Part shown: in pieces, positions 51,802 through 60,498 of the stretch
Layout: every line of letters starts with the position of its first letter
Position numbering within the stretch: the stretch's first letter is position 1
NCBI GenBank assembly: GCA_035697325.1
Contig: DASSDB010000002.1
Location: 91,232 to 155,231, forward strand
Direction: 5' to 3'
From: Candidatus Saccharimonadales bacterium
GTDB taxonomy: Bacteria; Patescibacteriota; Saccharimonadia; Saccharimonadales; Saccharimonadaceae
Length of the DNA: 64,000 nucleotides
The notes under the pieces: model-generated
What the model was told of the DNA's origin: nothing
The model's input: the letters and a program-made list of their open reading frames with translations, nothing else
Database searches by the model: none
Made by a program: the position numbers and the translations under genes

Positions 51802-52869
51802 ATGAATGGTGTCGTAAAATGGGTACAAACGGTGATGGGCGCCGGTATTGGTATTATTCCTTTGTTTTTAACCTACATGCTTGTCATGGCTACTTTAAAG
51901 GGCCTGGGAGCTATTGGTGGCGCGGTTTTAAGCGCTAGCGACAGAAGCCAAAAGGCAGGAAAGAATTTTGCGCAGGGTATTCGTGATGACCGCAAGAACA
52001 TACGTCGCCGCAATGAACTTGAGGGTAGGGGGATGGTAGGTCGTCGCGCTATTACACAATGGGGTGCGAGGCGCGCTGCCAAACGGGCTAGTAATGAAAC
52101 AGGTGCTAAGCGTGCTGAAACAGAATACGTTGCCGATACAGCCGTAAGTAATGATGCATTTGCAAGTGCGCTGGCTGGTGGCGACGAAGCTCGTAAAGCA
52201 GGTGTGGTGGCTGCCGCTGTTAACCAGCAAAAGAAGGCTTTTCAGGAAGATGTCAGTGACATGGAAGCACTTATTAAAATCAAGTTCGACAATGACCCGG
52301 AGAAGGCTCTTAAGGACGCCATAGAGAGCGGCAACAAGGCACAGGCTGTTGCTGCCCAAAATATGCTGTTTGCTAAGGGCGGTTCGGGTGTTAGTAAATT
52401 CCGTGAAATTGTAGAAGAAAGTGAGAAAACCACAGAAGGTCAGCAAAAGCTCGACAATGTTTCAGGTAGTTTGCGCGAAAACCTTCAGGAACGCCATGGT
52501 AAGCAGGCCAAAGACAAAGGCGCCGACCTCGTTACATGGGCAGGTAAAGGCGGCAAGCTCACTGACGCAAAGGCGGGAGCAATGTCCGACAACGATTTGG
52601 CCGGTCAGCATGCTGCGAGTATCGAAAAGATGGTCAATCAAGGAGGTGTTATTTCTGGCGATCAAGCGCGACGCGTCCTCTCTGATCCACGAGTGAGTGC
52701 CAACCTTAACGATGACCAGAAAAAACAACTTGTTCGTGCAGCCGGCGGAGACCTTCGCCCAGCACCGACCGATAAGGAGCTTACTATCGCTCATGAAGAA
52801 GCTGATGTTCAAAATAAACTCCATGACATGGAGAACAACAATCCGTCGGAACCACGGCAAGGTCCATAA
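51802..52869 (+). CDS. Continuation of VirB6-like paralog 2: last TM segments plus hydrophilic tail
   Basis: Same reading frame as 49795-51798, separated only by TAG-CAT. Aligns with the last TM region and the tail start of paralog 1. GGAGG lies 10 nt upstream of its ATG. Confidence 0.7.
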   Translation: MNGVVKWVQTVMGAGIGIIPLFLTYMLVMATLKGLGAIGGAVLSASDRSQKAGKNFAQGIRDDRKNIRRRNELEGRGMVGRRAITQWGARRAAKRASNETGAKRAETEYVADTAVSNDAFASALAGGDEARKAGVVAAAVNQQKKAFQEDVSDMEALIKIKFDNDPEKALKDAIESGNKAQAVAAQNMLFAKGGSGVSKFREIVEESEKTTEGQQKLDNVSGSLRENLQERHGKQAKDKGADLVTWAGKGGKLTDAKAGAMSDNDLAGQHAASIEKMVNQGGVISGDQARRVLSDPRVSANLNDDQKKQLVRAAGGDLRPAPTDKELTIAHEEADVQNKLHDMENNNPSEPRQGP

Positions 52870-52890
52870 ACTTTGCTATACTAAACCTAC

Positions 52891-53916
52891 ATGGCAGTAT
52901 ACAAAGTACCTCAGGATGTTGAAGCCGATGACAAGTTGATCGGTCCATTTAGCTTTCGCCAGTTTATCTATATTATTATTGCGATTATTGCTATCGGTCT
53001 TGCCTGGGGACTTGCTCAAATATTTGTAGGGCTAGCCTTAATACCACTACCTTTAGTAGTACTTTTTGGTGCGCTCGCGCTGCCGCTTCGTAAAGACCAG
53101 CCCATGGAAATATATCTCGCAGCGGTAGTGTCATTTCACTTAAAACCCCGCAAACGCCTTTGGCTCCCGGATGGGATTCAATCACTGGTAGAGATTACGG
53201 CACCTAAAGTTGTTGAAATTCAACGTACAAAGGATTTATCTCAGTCTGAAGCCGAACAAAGGCTCTCTTACCTTGCAAATATCGTTGACACTGGCGGCTG
53301 GGCTGTGAGGGGAGTAAGTACCCCAACTCCTGATAGCGCTATGCAAAACGACGTTTACTACGCCGCTCAGCAAACAGAAGATGTTCTCGATACGAATAGT
53401 GGCGTCGCCCAGTCTTTCAATACAATGATCAACCAAGCGGAAGTTGAGCGGAGAGAAGAAATGATTGCCCACATGAAAGAGGAGCCAAAGACGACAGCTA
53501 TCGTCCCTCAGGTGCCTGATCCATATGCAAGCCTGGCGCCCTCGGCACCTTCCCAACAGACAATGCCAACCGCCTCAACGCCTGTGACGGATGATCCGCA
53601 CCTTACGTATAATCCGTATCCAAATAGTATTCACCAGACGGTTATCAACCCCCTAGGAAGCACTCCTCGGTCCGTGCAAGCACCAATATCCGCTCCATCG
53701 ACAGCTGCCGCTCCACCGTCTGTGCCGACGGCAGTACCCGCGCCCGTGCAAACTGCGCAAACAAACACTAGCGAAGCGGTAGTGTCACCTGATATAATAA
53801 ACCTTGCAAATAACTCTGATTTATCTATCGAGACGATTGCGCACGAAGCCAACCGTATTCACGAGAAGGAAGAGCAAAAACTTCCCGACGATGAAGTGGT
53901 CATTTCATTGCGATAA
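52891..53916 (+). CDS. PrgI/VirB3-like protein with a long Pro/Ser/Thr/Ala-rich C-terminal extension
   Basis: N-terminus MAVYKVPQDVEADDKLIGPFSFRQFIYIIIAIIAIGLAWG plus a second TM helix matches the PrgI-family layout of Gram-positive T4SSs. About 240 further residues are partly low complexity. Confidence 0.65.
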   Translation: MAVYKVPQDVEADDKLIGPFSFRQFIYIIIAIIAIGLAWGLAQIFVGLALIPLPLVVLFGALALPLRKDQPMEIYLAAVVSFHLKPRKRLWLPDGIQSLVEITAPKVVEIQRTKDLSQSEAEQRLSYLANIVDTGGWAVRGVSTPTPDSAMQNDVYYAAQQTEDVLDTNSGVAQSFNTMINQAEVERREEMIAHMKEEPKTTAIVPQVPDPYASLAPSAPSQQTMPTASTPVTDDPHLTYNPYPNSIHQTVINPLGSTPRSVQAPISAPSTAAAPPSVPTAVPAPVQTAQTNTSEAVVSPDIINLANNSDLSIETIAHEANRIHEKEEQKLPDDEVVISLR

Positions 53917-53950
53917 CAGATAGATAGTCGGCCGAGGAGAAGAGTGGGAC

Positions 53951-54835
53951 GTGCCGCCAAATAATCAACAACCTCTACAACCAACCCCAGGGTCTGCTCC
54001 GAATATTCAGCAGCCTGTTCCTGCCGCCCCTCAAGTCCCCCTGCCACCCCAGCCTCAACAGCAGCCAAACGCCGTTGGGTCGGGTCAACAAGCTCAGCAG
54101 GCTAAAAAACCAGCAAACCCTAATACAACCCAAAATAGTCTTTTGATTTCTGAAATACGGGAAGGGATGGCGATTATGAGCGACGGCAGTTTTCGTGCGG
54201 TCGTGGCCTGTAAATCTATTAACTTCGACCTTATGAGCTCTCGCGAGCGGGAAGGTGTTGAGTATAGCTACCAGAACTTCCTTAACGCACTGTATTTTCC
54301 AGTACAGATCTTCATTCGCTCACAGCGTGTCGATATTGGTCCGTATCTTGATCGGCTTGCCAATATCCGCCGATCTCAAGATAATATGCTTCTGAATGTA
54401 CTAATGGATGATTATATCAATTTCATCGATGTGCTTTCGCAGGAAGCAAATATTATGGATAAGAGCTTTTTTATTGTTATTCCATACTATCCGACGGGCG
54501 ATCTTAATAATGTTGTTGAACAAAGTAAAGGCTTCTTTAGTAAGATCTTCGCCAAGGCTCCTACAACTGCGACCAAAATTGATAAGGTCGCCTACGACAA
54601 GGCGAAGGATGAGATCAAAAACCGTGTTGATTCTGTAATGAGCGGTTTGTTCCAGATTGGCATTAAGAGCGTTCAACTTAATACCAAGGAACTCGGTGAA
54701 CTTTATTACAATATGTACAACCCCGATACAGCCGTACGGGAACCACTTGGTGATTTTGAGAACGTAACAAGCATGTACGTTGCCAAGGGCCAGGGAGAAG
54801 CTCCTCGTCCACACCTGCAAGAAGGGGGTATGTAG
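53951..54835 (+). CDS. VirB4 N-terminal domain-like protein (separate ORF) with Pro/Gln-rich N-terminus
   Basis: LLISEIREGMAIMSDGSFRAVVACKSINFDLMSSREREGVEYSYQNFLNAL...ELGELYYNMYNP resembles the extreme N-terminal region of Gram-positive VirB4 ATPases (Orf16/TcpF/PrgJ type). Assignment from memory. Confidence 0.55.
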   Translation: MPPNNQQPLQPTPGSAPNIQQPVPAAPQVPLPPQPQQQPNAVGSGQQAQQAKKPANPNTTQNSLLISEIREGMAIMSDGSFRAVVACKSINFDLMSSREREGVEYSYQNFLNALYFPVQIFIRSQRVDIGPYLDRLANIRRSQDNMLLNVLMDDYINFIDVLSQEANIMDKSFFIVIPYYPTGDLNNVVEQSKGFFSKIFAKAPTTATKIDKVAYDKAKDEIKNRVDSVMSGLFQIGIKSVQLNTKELGELYYNMYNPDTAVREPLGDFENVTSMYVAKGQGEAPRPHLQEGGM

Positions 54836-54837
54836 AA

Positions 54838-56739
54838 ATGGCCAAGAAAAAACTTGATCCAATTGACATTGCTGCTCAGCAGCGCGCCCGCGAACAAGCC
54901 GAGGTAGAACAAGCGTTCTTAAAAGGAATGACGACGCTTCGTGACCTCATTGCGCCAAGTAGCATTGAAATTCACTCCAGTCACTTTAGGCTCGGGACGA
55001 AATATGGTCGTACGCTATATATTTATGGGTATCCGCGCCAGATCTACACGGGTTGGCTGAGCTCACTTATTAATATCGATGAAGTACTCGACATCAGTAT
55101 GTTTATTTATCCGGTTGAAAGCCAGGTGGTACTTAATAATCTTCGCAAAAAGGTGACTCAGCTTGAAGCAACCATGTCCATCAACAGTGAAAAGGGAAGA
55201 ACTCGTGATCCAGGGCTTGAGGCAGCCTTGCAAGATGCCGAGGAACTACGCGATCAGTTACAAGTGGGTGCCGAACGCTTTTTCCGCTATGGCCTGTATG
55301 TCACCTTATACGCCGATAGCATGGACGAGCTGAGCTTTGTACAGCACAAAATTGAAACGATATTCGGTCAGCAGTTGATCTTCAGCAAAGTCGCTTCCTC
55401 ACAGCAGGAGCAAGGGTTAAATAGTACGATTCCTCAGATGACCGACCAATTGCAAATTCGGCGCAATATGAACACCGGCGCAATCAGTACTAGCTTCCCA
55501 TTCACAAGTGCTGATCTAACCCAAGAAAAGGGCGTATTATACGGTATAAACATGCACAACAACGGATTGGTTATTTTTGATCGGTTCTCTCTTGAAAATG
55601 CCAATATGGTAGTGTTTGCAAAATCTGGTGCCGGTAAGTCGTTCACTGTAAAGCTTGAGGCACTTCGCAGCATGATGGTTGGCTGCGACGTGATTATCAT
55701 CGACCCTGAAAACGAATATCAAAAGCTCTCTGATGCGGTAGGGGGAAGTTATATTCGTCTTAGCCTTAGCGCGGATACACGTATTAATCCATTTGATCTT
55801 CCTAGGGTTATCGACAGTGATGAAGCAGATGATGCGCTTCGCGCCAACCTTGTGACACTTCACGGCTTGTTCCGGCTGATGCTGGGAGGAACGCAATCAA
55901 CCGCGAATGGGCAGATTATGTCTGCCCTCACGCCAGCCGAAGAGGCCGACCTTGATCAAGCTCTTATCGATACGTACGCGCGTGCCGGTATTACCAGTGA
56001 CCCGCTTACGCATCACTCAAAGCCCCCTACAATCGCCGACTTATACGACACACTGCTCCATATGGGCGGCACTGGCCCAGCGCTGGCGCAACGCTTGCGC
56101 AAGTATACCAGTGGAACCTTCGCCGGTATTTTCAGCCAGCAGTCAAACATCGACATCAACAACAATATGGTCGTCTTCAACATCCGTGACCTTGAAGATG
56201 AACTTCGTCCAGTAGCTATGTATATCGTACTATCGCACATTTGGAATATTACCAGGACCGACCAGCGAAAGCGCATGCTTATCGTGGACGAGGCGTGGCA
56301 GCTCATGAAATACGATGACTCTGCAAACTTCCTCTTTAGCCTCGCTAAGCGTGCTCGTAAATATTACCTTGGACTTACAACTATTACGCAGGACGTTGAG
56401 GACTTTATGGGAAGTAAAATGGGACGTGCGATTGTCGCCAACTCCTCTATGCAACTTCTCTTGAAGCAATCATCGAGTGCCGTTGATGTGCTTTCCGACG
56501 TCTTTAAGTTAACAGAGGAAGAGCGCAAACGTCTCGCTAACTTTCCGGTTGGACAAGGTTTATTCTTTGCCGGTCAAAACCATGTTCACATTCAAATCGT
56601 CGCCAGCCAAACCGAGACGGGACTTATTACCACTAATCCAGCGGCGGCGCAGCCTCAGGCGCCACAACCCCCACAGCAGAATCCCGGTGAGCCGATGGCA
56701 ACCAACGGCTACATGAATCCTGGCGAATTCAGCGTATAA
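54838..56739 (+). CDS. virB4: VirB4-family T4SS ATPase (main body)
   Basis: LRDLIAPSSIEIHSSHFRLGTKYGRTLYIYGYPRQIYTGWLSSL, Walker A FAKSGAGKSF, Walker B RMLIVDEAWQL. ATG 9 nt after AGGGGG. Confidence 0.88.
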   Translation: MAKKKLDPIDIAAQQRAREQAEVEQAFLKGMTTLRDLIAPSSIEIHSSHFRLGTKYGRTLYIYGYPRQIYTGWLSSLINIDEVLDISMFIYPVESQVVLNNLRKKVTQLEATMSINSEKGRTRDPGLEAALQDAEELRDQLQVGAERFFRYGLYVTLYADSMDELSFVQHKIETIFGQQLIFSKVASSQQEQGLNSTIPQMTDQLQIRRNMNTGAISTSFPFTSADLTQEKGVLYGINMHNNGLVIFDRFSLENANMVVFAKSGAGKSFTVKLEALRSMMVGCDVIIIDPENEYQKLSDAVGGSYIRLSLSADTRINPFDLPRVIDSDEADDALRANLVTLHGLFRLMLGGTQSTANGQIMSALTPAEEADLDQALIDTYARAGITSDPLTHHSKPPTIADLYDTLLHMGGTGPALAQRLRKYTSGTFAGIFSQQSNIDINNNMVVFNIRDLEDELRPVAMYIVLSHIWNITRTDQRKRMLIVDEAWQLMKYDDSANFLFSLAKRARKYYLGLTTITQDVEDFMGSKMGRAIVANSSMQLLLKQSSSAVDVLSDVFKLTEEERKRLANFPVGQGLFFAGQNHVHIQIVASQTETGLITTNPAAAQPQAPQPPQQNPGEPMATNGYMNPGEFSV

Positions 56740-56751
56740 TAGAGCATAATC

Positions 56752-59304
56752 ATGGAAACCAAGACTCCAAATACTAGGGAAGAACAGGATCAAGCCCACA
56801 ACCCTTCTCAAAGGAATATTGATCGTGAGTTCCAGCATATCGCCGACAACAATACGTTCGACGACATGATGAATAGCAATGGTCTTGGTCAAGAGCTCAA
56901 GGATATGGAGCAGCGTGTCGGCAAAGAAGCGGGGAATGCTGACAATGGAAGTTCGAATAACGCTCCAGACGCATCGAAAAACATCAGCAATGCGAAATCC
57001 AGCGAACAAGCCTGGAATACGGACGTATCTGCGGGCAATAAATCCGCTAAACAGAAGCAGGGATTTGGGTCACGCGTAAAGGGCATTTTCAAGAAACAGC
57101 TTCCTACGGCACTCGTTGGAGGTGGATTACTGACCGGTGGTGGGTTGCTTGGCTTCTTTGGCCTTACGCTTATGCCGGTTACTATAGCCGAACACTTCAC
57201 CAATGACACGAACGATGTCAATGACTCAAGCCAGCACAAGTCACTCAACCTTATTGGTAAACAGCTTGGCGGTGACGCGCGCAAAAAGCTAAGTATTTGC
57301 AATAAAGCTATTTCAATCCGCTGCAAATTTAATTCGATGGATAAAGACCTGGTAGCCAAGTACGAAGAGAAGGGCTTTAAATTTGGCGAAAAGCAGGTAA
57401 GCACAGACGGCAAGCGCGTAATGTTTACGTCCATCGAATTTCCGACAGGGGAAGTTGCCCATAACGTACAAGAACTCACGGCCATTTTAAAGAACTCAGC
57501 AGTTGCCAACGCCGCTTTTAACGCCGTGTACAGCCTTAAGAATTCTCTATTCTTGGTGGGAAATTTCTTTAAGGGAGTTTTAACAAGCTTGAATCTTACT
57601 AAACAGAAAAAAATTGAAGGAAAAAACAAGGAGGAAGCGGACAAATCGTTCGAGGACTCGGCAAAAGGCGAAAAGGGGACCGTCAGTACGGAGTCCGTCG
57701 CAAAACAAGCCGGCGATAACGCGAGTGAGGAGGCTAAGAAGGATGCCCAGGCGGCCACAGACGCCGGGAATGATACGTCGAGACAAATAAATGAGGCGAT
57801 CGCCAAAGGCTCCAAGCTAAAGTCGTTATCCTTGAAGATTACGAATGCTTTGGCAATACCTCAGCTGGCGTGTCTTACCTATAATATGTCGAGCTTCATA
57901 GCCACCATGGCAAAAATCAAAAAAGCTATGCGCTTTGCGGCATTTGCCATGATATTTCTCACGATGGCAAGTGCAATAAAAGCCAATGCCTCTACTGATG
58001 CCGAGGTGACGAAGGGAATGAGTATTCTTGCGCCATCGACCTACCCTCAAAAAGTTGAAGATCCTGAAACGGGAGAAATGATAGATAATCCTAATATCGG
58101 CAAAAATGCGCTGGATGCCGAGGCCTATAAAGTGGTGGCCTACGGTGATCAGATAAATCTTACAGGACTCGCTACCCGATTCTTTATCGCTAGCGGATTC
58201 CTTGGTGTTCTCGAAAAAATTGTCACGTGGCTTAACGACAATATTGGAAAAGAAACGATTAAGCTCACCTGTAAAGCGGTAAATAATAAGGTCGTCCAGA
58301 TCATTAGCTTTTTGGCCGCACCAATTTTCAGTGCAGTTATCCTTGGTATTACCAGCGTGCTACCTATTGAAGAGTGGGCAGCCGAACTTGTAAACGTAGC
58401 GATTGATGCCGCGGCAGGTGTCGATCTTACGACAGGCGTTACTGGAGTGGACGCAGGAAACGTCATATTTATCGGTGCCGCTGTTATTTTGGGAACGACG
58501 GCTATGAAATTCGGGCTAAAACCAGGAAAGCTTGCTGCTATTAAAGCAAACATCGCGGCAAACAACGAGCTTAATCAGCAGGACATAGCCATGAAAACAT
58601 ACGAAGCTTCAAAAACACCTTTTGATATTAATAATCGCTACTCATTCTTAGGTGCCATGGCGACATCACTCGCAGACTACATGCCTTCTATTCAGCAGCC
58701 GTTCATATCGACAATTGGGAAGACCTTTGCAGCCATTCCAAATTCGCTAACCATGCTGACAAATAACACTAAAGCAGCATACAGTATGCCCACGGCAAAC
58801 TATAGCGAGACTCGGTTTAGCCAGTGTAAAGATGAGGTGTACGCGACATTGAAGGATAAAATGGACCCTGATATGTTTTGCGCCGTACGATACGTACCTC
58901 ATGAATACGTTGATTCGGACGTCGTTCTTGATTATATGGAAAGCAATAATCAAATTGATGAAGTCTCGGGTAGTCCTAAGCCAGATACATACCTTGATAA
59001 ATACATGAAATACTGTGTCAATCGCGAAGATCCGTGGGGTAGTACAAGTGTCGCAGCCGAAGAACAAACGGATGAAGCAACGTGGTATACCGGCGAAAAA
59101 TGCATGGACGACACAACCGAGAATAAAATGTCGAGCGAATACAATGGCTATCTCATTTCTCAGACAAACCAAGATGAAGCAGGCTCAGGATCAACGGCCA
59201 CCTCAGCCTACTCCGACGACCCAGGCAAAGCCATGGCAGATCTTTCTACACCACAGGCACTTTCACTAGGAATGGCATATGCAATGGGAGGACTCAGCCA
59301 GTGA
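56752..59304 (+). CDS. 850-aa polytopic membrane protein of unknown function
   Basis: Hydrophilic N-terminus, at least six hydrophobic helices and large loops. The TGA stop overlaps the GTG start of the hydrolase gene (GTGA). No family recognised. Confidence 0.7.
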   Translation: METKTPNTREEQDQAHNPSQRNIDREFQHIADNNTFDDMMNSNGLGQELKDMEQRVGKEAGNADNGSSNNAPDASKNISNAKSSEQAWNTDVSAGNKSAKQKQGFGSRVKGIFKKQLPTALVGGGLLTGGGLLGFFGLTLMPVTIAEHFTNDTNDVNDSSQHKSLNLIGKQLGGDARKKLSICNKAISIRCKFNSMDKDLVAKYEEKGFKFGEKQVSTDGKRVMFTSIEFPTGEVAHNVQELTAILKNSAVANAAFNAVYSLKNSLFLVGNFFKGVLTSLNLTKQKKIEGKNKEEADKSFEDSAKGEKGTVSTESVAKQAGDNASEEAKKDAQAATDAGNDTSRQINEAIAKGSKLKSLSLKITNALAIPQLACLTYNMSSFIATMAKIKKAMRFAAFAMIFLTMASAIKANASTDAEVTKGMSILAPSTYPQKVEDPETGEMIDNPNIGKNALDAEAYKVVAYGDQINLTGLATRFFIASGFLGVLEKIVTWLNDNIGKETIKLTCKAVNNKVVQIISFLAAPIFSAVILGITSVLPIEEWAAELVNVAIDAAAGVDLTTGVTGVDAGNVIFIGAAVILGTTAMKFGLKPGKLAAIKANIAANNELNQQDIAMKTYEASKTPFDINNRYSFLGAMATSLADYMPSIQQPFISTIGKTFAAIPNSLTMLTNNTKAAYSMPTANYSETRFSQCKDEVYATLKDKMDPDMFCAVRYVPHEYVDSDVVLDYMESNNQIDEVSGSPKPDTYLDKYMKYCVNREDPWGSTSVAAEEQTDEATWYTGEKCMDDTTENKMSSEYNGYLISQTNQDEAGSGSTATSAYSDDPGKAMADLSTPQALSLGMAYAMGGLSQ

Positions 59305-60491
59305 TAAAATTATCAAAAAAAATAACGTCGATCGTGCTTGCATCCTTAATTGTCAGTTCCATCTTTACGGGATGGGCGCATGCTGAAGGAATCGACCAGC
59401 AATTTTACTCTGGTAATGATATTCTTTTTTATGATCCTAGCGCGACATGCGTTCCTGGTACAAGCGGCTCCGTTACGCCTGGCAGTGCGGCAAATCCGGC
59501 TCCAGCGGACTTTCCTAAAACGGTTTGGTCATTCCTCCTTGGCAAAGGCCTTACCGCAGAGCAAGCTGCTGGAGTTATGGGAAACATCCAGCAAGAATCT
59601 ACTTACAAGGGCTATCCTTTCAATCCTGAAGCAGAAGAAAAGCCAGGCACTGGCACAGGTGGTTATGGTATTGTGCAATGGACAGGTCCGCGCCGCCAGA
59701 GCCTTAACGCCGCTGCCGCAAAGCAAGGTGTTCCCGTGTCGAGTCTCGCATTTCAGCTTGAGTATCTTTACCAAGAAAGCAACGCTCGAACCGCTAAAGC
59801 ATCGTATGGTGGCGGTAATGAATGGGACGGACTAAAAAAGCAAGCGACGATTATCCAGGCGACAGTATACTGGCATGATAATTTTGAGCGATCAGCAGAT
59901 TCGCCCGAAGCCGTCCGAACCGTTCGTGGCGGCTATGCCCAAAAGTGGTATAACGAGTTTAATGGCAAGGTTGGACCAGGAAGCTCCGCCGGCTGCGGTG
60001 TCGCCGATACGTCATCACTGACCGCAACTGCGAAATCGTATGCTTGGCCCGACTATCGAGGTCTTACCATCGTCGCCAAGCCCGAGTATGTGACGGCACT
60101 CAATAAAGCACGGTCGGAAAGACGCTATATTGGAGGAATCAGTTACCCGGGAATCGACTGTGGTGGTTTTGTAACAACCGTCATGTACGACTCTGGTTTC
60201 GAAAAAGCCTACAATTCAAATGCTCGCGGCGGAGCAACTCCCGCGCAAAAAGCATGGCTTGATAAAAACTGGACTAACCTTGGGAATGGCGCTTCTATAA
60301 ACGTCGGCGACCTTCGGGCGGGAGACGTTGCAATGCTTCCTGGCCACACATATGTCTATGTTGGAGACAAAGGCAAAAAGCCGGAAGGATTTGATAGCGT
60401 CATCGCCTCAGCATCGCTTGACGAGCGCGCTCCAATGGCTGGACGTGAGAAAATTACCGCATCCGACACGACATGGTATCGAAAGAAATAG
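59301..60491 (+). CDS. Secreted two-domain peptidoglycan hydrolase (lysozyme-like N-domain + NlpC/P60-type C-domain)
   Basis: Signal peptide (AHA-EG). GLTAEQAAGVMGNIQQES...GYGIVQWTGPRR resembles the phage-tail-tip-lysozyme-type domain. GIDCGGFVTTVMY...LPGHTYVYVG provides a Cys/His papain-like dyad. Confidence 0.75.
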   Translation: MIKLSKKITSIVLASLIVSSIFTGWAHAEGIDQQFYSGNDILFYDPSATCVPGTSGSVTPGSAANPAPADFPKTVWSFLLGKGLTAEQAAGVMGNIQQESTYKGYPFNPEAEEKPGTGTGGYGIVQWTGPRRQSLNAAAAKQGVPVSSLAFQLEYLYQESNARTAKASYGGGNEWDGLKKQATIIQATVYWHDNFERSADSPEAVRTVRGGYAQKWYNEFNGKVGPGSSAGCGVADTSSLTATAKSYAWPDYRGLTIVAKPEYVTALNKARSERRYIGGISYPGIDCGGFVTTVMYDSGFEKAYNSNARGGATPAQKAWLDKNWTNLGNGASINVGDLRAGDVAMLPGHTYVYVGDKGKKPEGFDSVIASASLDERAPMAGREKITASDTTWYRKK

Positions 60492-60498
60492 GAGGAAT

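Noticed and set aside
56889-57815. 308-aa minus-strand ORF inside the 850-aa membrane protein gene
   Set aside because: It is antisense to an ORF that is in operonic overlap with its neighbours. Its length is explained by the Lys/Glu/Ala-rich codon composition of the sense strand, which avoids reverse-strand stops.
59301-60491. Prophage remnant suggested by the phage-tail-lysozyme-like domain
   Set aside because: There are no capsid, portal, terminase, tail or integrase genes anywhere nearby. The gene is start/stop-overlapped with T4SS-like genes, as VirB1-type hydrolases are.
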